Assembly (NCBI RefSeq): GCF_004010195.1
Contig: NW_025214608.1
Span: 1 to 47,055, forward strand
Reading direction: 5' to 3'
DNA: 47,055 nt
From: Chiloscyllium plagiosum
Taxonomy: Eukaryota
This document shows positions 34,902 through 44,779 of the stretch, piece by piece. Under the pieces are notes generated by a model, which was not told the origin of the DNA, ran no database searches, and saw nothing but the letters and a program-made list of their open reading frames with translations. The stretch's first letter is position 1; the number at the start of each line of letters is the position of its first letter. The position numbers and the translations under genes were made by a program.

Positions 34902-35393
34902 NNNNNNNNNNNNNNNNNNNNNNNNNNNNNNNNNNNNNNNNNNNNNNNNNNNNNNNNNNNNNNNNNNNNNNNNNNNNNNNNNNNNNNNNNNNNNNNNNNN
35001 NNNNNNNNNNNNNNNNNNNNNNNNNNNNNNNNNNNNNNNNNNNNNNNNNNNNNNNNNNNNNNNNNNNNNNNNNNNNNNNNNNNNNNNNNNNNNNNNNNNN
35101 NNNNNNNNNNNNNNNNNNNNNNNNNNNNNNNNNNNNNNNNNNNNNNNNNNNNNNNNNNNNNNNNNNNNNNNNNNNNNNNNNNNNNNNNNNNNNNNNNNNN
35201 NNNNNNNNNNNNNNNNNNNNNNNNNNNNNNNNNNNNNNNNNNNNNNNNNNNNNNNNNNNNNNNNNNNNNNNNNNNNNNNNNNNNNNNNNNNNNNNNNNNN
35301 NNNNNNNNNNNNNNNNNNNNNNNNNNNNNNNNNNNNNNNNNNNNNNNNNNNNNNNNNNNNNNNNNNNNNNNNNNNNNNNNNNNNNNNNNNNNN
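34902..35393. other. Assembly gap (492 N)
   Basis: Run of N. Confidence 1.
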
Positions 35394-35446
35394 GACCGAA
35401 GGGTCTGTTTCCACACTCTAAGTAATCTAATCTAATCTAATCTAAC
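35394..35446 (+). mobile_element. CR1/HE1 3' tail with (TCTAA)n microsatellite, cut off by the gap
   Basis: GACCGAAGGGTCTGTTTCCACACT followed by AATCTAATCTAATCTAATCTAA. Confidence 0.75.
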
Positions 35447-36084
35447 CAAACCTTTGCTGACGATCTAGAATCAGTCTCCGGCTTTCTGACTGCATGATGA
35501 TCCTGTCTCTCAGAATTTCCTCCAAACACTGACGCCGTTGGCATCAGATTCACAGGACTGTAATTCCCTAGATTTTCCTTGCAGTCTTTTTATGCCAAAT
35601 GTCCCAACATTGATTAGCTTCTGATACACCAGCACCTTGCCCGTGGCTGTCAATCATACAAACAAAAAACAAAGGAACTGAGCATGTTGTAAATTAGAAA
35701 TAATACCTGAAGTTGTGAGAAAAATTCAGCAGGTCTGACGGCTTCTGTGCACAGACGTTGGAGTTCACATTTCGGACCCAGTGACCTTCCCTCACAGCTC
35801 TGTGGAATGGTACAAGTATCTCAGCAATGGCCCCATAATTTCTTCCCCAGCCTCCCACAATAACCTGGGCTACACTTCAACAAGTCCTACTTATTTATCT
35901 ATGGTTATGGATATAAAAAAATCCTGCACTTGCTCTTCTGTAATGTAGCCTCGTTTCGAAACATTACGAAATGGATTTACTTCTCCGAGTTCCGTAGCTT
36001 CCATGTCTTTCTTCACAGTAAGCCGTGACATGATACATTCGTGTATGATCTCAGCCATCCAGCAGTCGCGGCATGTCAGGCAGC

Positions 36085-38192
36085 GGAATGTGGAAGATAG
36101 AGTCCATGTGAGGAGAGTGAACCCAGCATGTCCAGGTGCTTTTGGTATGTCACGTTGAACTGTTAACTATGTTATTTTGTGTTTTTTTTTTAATTTCTAT
36201 CGGAAGGCTTGTAATGTTTTATATTTTAACTTTGTTTTCTTTATTTTTCTGCTTTACACCAGGATTATTTTCCTAGCGCGGGTTAGGAGGGGTACATTCG
36301 AACCTAAGTTTGCATAATATGATGATTAGTAAACTCTTCACTCTCTTCCTGTGAATACCTATGATAGTGAACCCAACAAGCGTAATTCATCTCCTGTGGG
36401 TCCGCATGTAGATCGTTCTTTGATGGTCAAGAAGATCTATTCTCTCCCTAAATGCTCTTTTGCCTTTGAAGAATCGTTTTGGATTCGCTTTCATTCTGTT
36501 TGTCAAAGCTTTCGTTTTTCACTCCTAATTTCCCTCATAAGAGCATTGTTACAATCCGTATGCTCCTCACTTGATTATAGATGTCTACATATGAAGTATA
36601 CCTCTTTCCACTTTCTTGGCAAGAGCATCAAAATCCTCTGTCATGTAGTATTTCATACTCCTGCTAACACTGCCTTTCACACTTATTAAACATGCTGTCC
36701 CTGAATTATTATTATCTCGCTCTGGAAAGACTTCCACTTGCCTGACGTCTCTCTTCCTGTGTACAGCTTCCCTAATTATTTTTTAAAAGATCCTGCTAAA
36801 TACTATCACAACTGGCCTTGCCCCCATTTTACACCGTTAACTCGTGGACAAGGCCTATCCTTTACCTGAACTATTTTCAAACTGTTAGAATTACAGTCCC
36901 GGGTCCCAAAGTGCTCCCGATCTAACAGCTCAATCAGTTGGAATTCCATATTTTCCCAAGAGCAAGTAAGGTAAAGGCCTACATCTGCTCAGTCATAATC
37001 TTACTGAATGGCAAGGTATGGATGATGGGTCGAATGTCTGCATTTACCTGTTTGCTCATGGTTATGTGTTGGTGTGCATTTGTTTTTGTCTTTGCATGCC
37101 TTCTTTAGTGGATTAATGTCTATATCTCTGCATCTGCATGGAATGTGGAAGGTAGAGTCCTTGTGAGGAGAGTGAACCCAGCATGTCCAGGTGCTTTTGG
37201 TATGTCACGTTGAACGGTTAACTATGTTATTTTGTGTTTTTTTTATTTCTGTCGGAAGGCCTGTAATGTTTTATATTTTAACGTTGTTTTCTTTATTTTT
37301 CTGCATTACACCAGTATTATTTTCCTAGCGCGGGTTAGGAGGGGTACATTCGAACCTAAGTTTGCATAATATGATGATTAGTAAACTCTTTACTCTTTTC
37401 ATGTGAATACATATGATAGTGAACCCAATAAGCGTAATTCATCTCCTGTGGGTCCGCATGTAGATCGTTCTTTGATGGTCAAGAAGATCTATTCTCTCCC
37501 TAAATGCTCTTTTGCCTTTGAAGAATCGTTTTGGATTCGCTTTCATTCTGTTTGTCAAAGCTTTCTTTTTTCACTCCTAATTTCCCTCATAAGAGCATTG
37601 TCACAATCCGTATGCTCCTCACTTGATTATTGATGTCTACATATGAAGTATACCTCTTTCTATTTTCTTGGCAAGAGCATCAAAATCCTCTGTCATGTAC
37701 TATTTCATACTCCTGCTAACACTGCCTTTCACACTTATTAAACATGCTGTCCCTGAAATATTATTATCTCGCTCTGGAAAGACTTCCACTTACCTGACGT
37801 CTCTCTACCTGTGTACAGCTTCCCTAATCATTTTTTTAAAAGATCCTGCTAAATACTATCACAATTGGCCTTGCCCCCATTTTACACCGTTAACTCGTGG
37901 ACAAGGCCTATCCTTTACCTGAACTATTTTCAAACTGTTAGAATTACAGTCCCGGGTCCCAAAGTGCTCCCGATCGAACAGCTCAATCAGTTGGAATTCC
38001 ATATTTTCTCAAGAGCAAGTAAGGTTAAGGCCTACATCTGCTCAGTCATAATCTTACTGAATGGCAAGGTATGGATGATGGGTCGAATGTCTGCATTTAC
38101 CTGTTTGCTCATGGTTATGTGTTGGTGTGCATTTGTTTTTGTCTTTGCATGCCTTCTTTAGTGGATTAATGTCTATATCTCTGCATCTGCAT
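36085..38192. repeat. Head-to-tail tandem duplication, units 36085-37139 and 37140-38192
   Basis: Units of 1055 and 1053 bp are nearly identical. The junction is ...catctgcat|ggaatgtgg. The content is decayed retroelement fragments. Confidence 0.97.
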
Positions 38193-38574
38193 CCCTAAGC
38201 CTTTGGGATTCGGTTGCGTTGGGAGTGAATCCATTGAAATGGGGATCAAAACATCCCTCCTCACTTTCGCAATCTCTCTCCGACTATCTCTACTTCTGGT
38301 GTTCAAAGTGATGTCAGACCACGCTCTGCGAGCACCTTGCACCTCTGAACAAGCAGCAGCTTTGTTTCTCACATTGGAATTGAATTGTCTTCATTGTCAG
38401 GTGCACACCAATGAATGAAGTGCATCGTTGGCAGTGTCTTCGCTTATGACGCCATTTTAGATACAAGATACTTCGGACCAGTATCTTAGGTATTTGGTCC
38501 AAAATGAAAAGAATAATAAATCAAAGTCCAGCGGACGAGTAAAAACTAAAATAAAACAGGCTCGACCTAATATC

Positions 38575-38912
38575 CCTTCAAGACAGACTGCCTTAGTGCC
38601 GAGTCTCCAAACCACACTGGGCCCAGTTACTGGACTGCACCAAGCCCAGTATGCAGACCACACCATACCGAGCATCGAGATCGCACTTGGTCAAATCTCT
38701 GGACTGCATGGGGCCAAAGCTCCACACTGCACCAGGCCCAATGTCCAGACTGCGCCAGGCCCAGTCTCCAAACTCCATAGTGCTGAGTCTCCAGACTGCA
38801 AGTGGCCTAGTCTCCGGACCGCATGGGACCATGATTGCAGAAAGTGTCGGACCCATTTTCCTACTTGCAGCGGGCCTAATCTCCAGACCGCACCAGGCCC
38901 TGTCTCCAGACT
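38575..38912. repeat. Degenerate 23-bp minisatellite (~14 units)
   Basis: Approximate consensus CTCCAGACTGCACCAGGCCCAGT. Confidence 0.8.
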
Positions 38913-40159
38913 GTGGGGTGAAATGAGAATGTTGTATAACTAACCATTTCAGCTGATCTGAAAATGCCTTTAGTTCTTATTCCTGTAATTGGACCCTCCA
39001 AAACTCACTACATTAATGATGCATTATGTCGATGCACAATACATCATGTTTGTGAGTACCAATTGTCCTGGCAGCAGCCAAAATCTCTTCATTCAAAAGC
39101 TGTCAGCCATTTACATCGTCTTCGGCTCTCCACATAGAATGAAAGGTTGTCCCATTGGAACATGGTGCAAAACACCGTCCCCCGAGCACTCCCTGCAGCC
39201 AGCAACCAACCAAATCAAAATATGCTGTGTTTTTGCCGAGAGCAATTGGGAAAACTGGGAATATCAGGCCGTAGACAATCATGGAGATGGAGCAATACTT
39301 CCCATGTTTGAACATTTTGGAGTGAATACTCCAGTGCATATGCGTGAATAATTCGTGGATTCTGCCTCCATTTATGTAATATACTAATTTATTCTTCTCA
39401 TTACATTCACACGTTCACAATTACGTACATTGCATTCCTTCTGCTAAATTGATGACTATTGTTTATCCATTTACCGAATCTCTTCCTCCCGATTCTCTAC
39501 CTCCTCTTCACAACATAGTTTCCTGTTATGCTCGTGTTATCCCCACGTTTTGCTGTTTTCTTCCATTTCTGAAAGCCACAGGCAGAGGTTTCAAATAGTT
39601 GAGGGCCGAGCACTTGTCCCGGTGTCTCCACAGTCGTTAGTTTCTGTTAACCTAATAACTCGCATTCATCCCTTCCTTCGGTTCAGTTCCCAGCTCCTCA
39701 CCACCACCATCACCCCGACCCCCGTTATCCTGGGCAGCAACTGCGAAAGTCTGAAAATCCCCTCCAATTTCCTATGTAACAGGCATGAGAGATACAAAAC
39801 TCTACTCCAATTGCTGAATAAAAGCTTCAAATAACTGAATGACATCATTCTGTTCCTGTTTACAACTCATGATGGGCTGAATATCTGCTTCATTTTGGGT
39901 CTATTTGTGCATAATGGTGAAAGTATTGGAACCATCAGTAAACAGCTCACTTCTGAATTTATGATGCGGGCAAGGACATTGATGCTGCAGCTGCTGATGG
40001 CCCTCAGTGCATCATGGATGCCCAGTTTTCATTTGTTCGGTACTTTAGAATTACGTCCAACTTCGCAGGAGGTAGTACAATATAACATAGTTGCCGTATC
40101 TTCAATATGAAACTGAGGTATTCCCTCTGCCAGGAGTCAGTGCTGGGTGCTCCTAGGCG

Positions 40160-40287
40160 GAAATGTGTACGGCAGATGCTGGAGAAAAGAGACAAGATTA
40201 GAGTGGTGCTGTAAAAGGACAGAAGGTCAGGCAGCAACCGAGGAGCAGGAAAAATAACGTTTCTGGAAAAGCCCTTCATCAGGAATC
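40160..40287 (-). mobile_element. Single-arm PLE terminal repeat with hammerhead-like core
   Basis: Minus strand: TTC-CTGATGA-AGGGCTTTTCCA-GAAACGTT (40282-40256), with stem II damaged. Confidence 0.7.
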
Positions 40288-41239
40288 AGGAATTCTGGCT
40301 GCTCCTACAGACACTGTTACGGGCAGACCCAATTATGACAAGTAGTTTGGTGATAATATGCTCCTCTTGTTGGTTCACCCATCACTTCCCACAGTCTGCC
40401 TGCGGCATATTTGAGGCCTCAATCTGTTCAGTTATTGGCCAGCCTGTGGAGACACTCACAGTGCTGCCTCCGATATGTTTTCAAAATCGAGGGAAATGCT
40501 TTATCACCGAGGGATGGTGTGGAGGACAAAACGGTCGAACATCAGGCGATTTCCTTGACAATCTCTGAGGTGTTACCATGACATTCGCTTGGTTCTGTAA
40601 TCAATGTGGAGCAATTCCAGGGTCACTTCTTTCCTGATTGCAACCCATGGTCCTCCTCGCATTGATTGTTCTGTCCAACCAGTGGGCTAGGATATACCCA
40701 AGGATAGTGATCATGCTTCATAAAACAGTAGCCATCAGGACGGATACTGTGAGTATGACAATATCAGACAGTTTCCTGACTGGGAAAATATGGTGAATTA
40801 AAGACACAATGGAGCAGGAAAGAAATGGGGTATAAAGGTGAAGGAGAGGCACTCTGTCTGATTGTGTTTTGTATTCCCAAACAGACTCAGGACTTCACGA
40901 CACACATTATGGAAAATGCATTTGATTCAATGGTATTAGACAGACATAGCGATAGAATGACCGATCCCGGGAACTGAATATCTAGAGCAGTTTAGATTTG
41001 GGAGTGTTATACACAAACGAGAAGCAAGTGGAGGAGATCACGAAATAAGGGATGACACCTTTTATGATCATAAGAGTGGATGTCAAATCACATTTTGGGG
41101 TTATTATCTGAATCCTATTCATTTTATGTCCAAGTTGCCAGTTGTTTTGAGTTTGGGGACAGATTCCCACCGTGAGGCTGAGTGAGTCTCGCCAAACTCA
41201 ATGGGCAGAAGAGCCATTGTCATGTGAGTCTCTATGATT

Positions 41240-42058
41240 CTGTCACATTCCATACCCGACATTCCCGGAAGCATTCCGCATTGACATTCCCCGCAATTTT
41301 CTATAACTGACATTCTCCGGACAGTTCTTTGCCCAACATTCCATAGCTGACTTTTCCAAACCATTCTAGACCCAACATTCACTAGACCATTCTGTAACTG
41401 ACATTCCCAAAAATTCAATAAGAGAGATTCTCTGTAACATTCTATTCCCAACATTCCCCAGATCATTATTTAACTGATATTCCCCAGATCATTCTGTTTC
41501 GGACATTGTCCAGAATATTTCCATGCATTCCATTCTTTTACTGATATTCTCCGGAACCTTCTCGAACTGACATCCTTCTGAACATACAGTACCCAACAGT
41601 CCATGGAACATTCTATAATAGACATTCCCCGTAACATCCTATAACTGACATTTCCCAGAACATTCTCCACCCAACATTTCCCAGAATATTCTATGACTGA
41701 CATTCCCCTGATCATTCTCTGCCTGACATTCTCCAGAAAAATCCATACACAATATGCAATTACTGAGATACGCCGTAAATTCTGTAATTAACATTCTCCT
41801 GAACATTCTTTACGCTACATTGTATAACTGATATTTTCTGGAACATTCTGTACCCAACATTCCCTGGAACATTCTACAACTGGCATTCCTCGGAACATTC
41901 TATACCCGACATTCCACAGATGACATTTCCCGGAATATTCTATCACTGACATTCCCCGGAACAATCTTTGCACGTCATGCCCCAAAACATTCTAAAACCG
42001 ACATTACCTGGGGAATTCTGGACCCGACATTCTCGGGAACACTCTTTCCCTGACATTA
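41240..42058. repeat. Degenerate ACATTC-rich minisatellite (~25-bp period)
   Basis: Iterated GAACATTCTATA(ACT/CCC)GACATTCCCCG-like units over ~820 bp. Confidence 0.9.
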
Positions 42059-42616
42059 TTTGTGACGGGCCGGACGTACGTTAATTGAACAAAAGGTAAG
42101 GTCTTGATGGAAGAGGTGCCCTTCCAGGGAGATGGAGACACTGATCCGAAGTCCCGTCAGGGAGTTAAACAGTTAAGTACAGTTTCTCTGTTTATATTTC
42201 TGTTCGCCACAGGATCGATGACAATTTAGACTAAAAGGCAGAAATTTCCAACTTCCGTTGTCTTCAAGGAACTGGGAGAGAATCATTCAGCACAGCAACG
42301 TCTTCAATCTCCGCATTTGGAACTGGGATGGTGTGACATGTGTCTGTTCTCGACTGATCGAATGGGTGGAAATATTTTAGAAACCATTTGTTCTTATGGA
42401 GGGATCTCTGTGTGTTTGTGGGGAGAGGCGTTCCTGTGTTTTATGACAGTTTTTTGTCATGAATACATACCTTCCATTTTGTTATTTCAGCTCCAATTAT
42501 TTTAATAAATCACTGATTTCCGTGACACGTATGAAAATCGCTCTCTCTGCCTTCAATCAAATTGCTCAATATGCCTCTCAGCTGTTGTATAATCTGTTTG
42601 TTTTCCTTCGTCCCAG

Positions 42617-43505
42617 TTAACATAGTGACGATCTACGTCCTGCTTTATAAAGATTGTGGATTGTCTCTATGTGTCAGACGCTACCTGGGAGCCATGGCAG
42701 TGGCGGATCTATTGGTCATTATCGTCGACCTGATGTTGATACACATTCCCATTGTTTTTCAGAAACCGTTTTATTTCCTGGTCTCCATCCGCGTATGTAA
42801 TATACACGCTGTTCTGCTTTATGCTGCCACTGACTGCTCTGTCTGGTTCACTGTCACTTTCACCTTTGATCAGTTCGTGGCCATTTATTCCAGGAATCTG
42901 AAAATTAAATATTGCAATGAGAAAACGGCGGCTGTGGTTCTGGGAACAGTGACTGTTCCGAGCTGTTTAAAAAATGTTTTCTGGTATATTATGTTCGAAG
43001 CTCGGTATCAACTATTTAACTTACCCTGGTTTTGTCATGTACTATGGGCTGCTCTTAACTCCCCTCTCTGGGCAACAATCGAGTTCCTCCATAACATTCT
43101 AACTCCGGGTCTACCATTTATCCTCATTCTGCTGCTCAATGTTCTCACCGTCAGGCACATTTCTGTGACCAGCAGAGCCAGCAGGAGACTCCGAGCTCAC
43201 ACCAATGGAGACGCTCAGTCTGACACAGAAATGAGAATTCGAAAAAAAAACCCATCATTTTACTGTTTATGATCTCGGCCAACTTCATTCTGTTATGGTC
43301 ATTGTTAATGGTGTATTATTTCTGGAACCAGATGCGAGGGATTGTGCATCGCACTGGACGTCTGGAGTACTTTGTGCTGGATTTAGGCTTGATGCTACAG
43401 CTTCTCAGTTGCTGCACAAATACCGCAATTTATGCTGTGAGCCAGACGAAGTTCAGGCATCAGCTGTAGAATGTGATGAAATTTCCCTTTATACTAATTC
43501 ATTAA
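42617..43505 (+). pseudogene. GPR139/GPR142-like class A GPCR, large coding exon, pseudogenised
   Basis: Acceptor ttttccttcgtcccag at 42616. Translation: VNIVTI...CGLS..V.RYLGAMAVADLLVII...AATDCSVWFTVTFTFDQFVAI...PFILILLLN...QLLSCCTNTAIYAVSQTKFR. Lesions are a frameshift at the A9 run 43242-43250, an in-frame TAG at 43467-43469 (the frame continues to TAA 43503-43505) and DRF changed to DQF. The N-terminal/TM1 exon is not recognisable in the window. Confidence 0.88.
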
Positions 43506-43959
43506 TCAATCATATTCAATCAATAATAAATCCATCCGGGTATTTCTTATTTCAGTTCAATGTTTTAGCAATGAAGCAGCCTATCGCTATGGTAATAGAA
43601 TGAGGGTAGTGTTCGTTTATCCAATCTTATCCCACAGGGTGATACAGGGACACATTTCCAGGCTTCCCTCAAATTACTGATCAGTGAGAAAAGACACCAT
43701 CCCGTTGACTGTACCTAACAATGTAATCTTTTAACAATAAAAATGTTCATTATGAAGTACCAAGCAACAGAATGAACAATACTGCTGATTATCTTTATGT
43801 TGAGTAAGTTGAGCTGAGAGAGGCAGACTCATCCCCAAGTCCTGGTCCTCACGGAAATGGAGGGGACTGGGCCTGAGCTCAGTAGTTGCGTTTAAGTCAC
43901 CCTGTCCTTGTTTGCACCTCTGGCTTCCCCACTCCGAACAGGCCTTTGGCAGAATTCAT

Positions 43960-44525
43960 CCCTGTACCCAGTTTTCCCAATCTTCACTCAACCGCATCTG
44001 ACTATCTCTGGATCTCCACGCTCTGTCTCTTGTCTGCTCGTCCTATCTCTTGCATTCTTCCTCATTTCCTCTTCACTTGTCTTTCTCATCATTTATCTTC
44101 CTCAACCCCTCTCTGTACACTGTCTCTTTCTCTCCGCCTCTGCCTTTCACTCTCTCTCATCCAACACAACCTTCTCCTTCCCCCTCTCATCCACCCCCCA
44201 GATTCTCTGCCATCCCTTTTTTCTCTCTCCATCCCTTTCCCGCTCACTCTTCTGCTGTGTCTCCCTCCTTTCTATCTCCTCCAAATTTTCTCTGTCCACC
44301 CACCACACCCACTTGCCGCCATCCTCAGACTCTCCAAACCTTTCACCGTCAAGGAATCAGAGGGGGAGGAAAGGACGAGCGAGACACTGTAGCAGATGGA
44401 GAGGGCGGGAGGGAGAGACCGAGATATTCAGGGAAAGTGAAATGTAGGGGGATAGAGAGAGATAGTGGGAATGGTGGAGAGAACAAATCAAGAGAGGGTC
44501 GAGCAGGACGCTGGCGGAAGGAGGG
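43960..44525. repeat. Low-complexity CT-rich then GA-rich tract
   Basis: Polypyrimidine bias over ~43960-44345 switches to polypurine bias over ~44350-44525. Confidence 0.7.
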
Positions 44526-44779
44526 TAAAATATGTTAAAACTCACCTCAGGCGTCGGGGCCCGCCATTGTTGCTCCTACTGTTTATCAACCCTGATAGCA
44601 ACGTGCGGAAGGATCGAGCAGGAGGCTGTTGAAGACATCGTCAGTTCACATATTTTGGCAGTCGCTTTACCGAAAACACTACTTGGTAAATCAGTCTCAC
44701 CAATCCAATCCTCTTCTCACCAAAGAGGAGTTCGTTGTCTCGGGTGGTAAGTTAATAAGTATTTTTCAGCTGTTTATTA

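Noticed and set aside
34754..35425. Long ORFs of 176-223 aa
   Set aside because: Artefacts of translating through the N gap.
38494..38943. 149-aa ORF with repeated LQTAPGPVS
   Set aside because: By-product of the 23-bp minisatellite; the unit length is not a multiple of 3.
41240..42058. CRISPR-like repeat-spacer array
   Set aside because: Contiguous degenerate tandem units without unique spacers, in vertebrate DNA with no cas genes.
43886..44538. Three overlapping 160-180 aa ORFs
   Set aside because: Stop-poor CT-rich low-complexity sequence; the products are Leu/Ser/Pro-biased with no domain.
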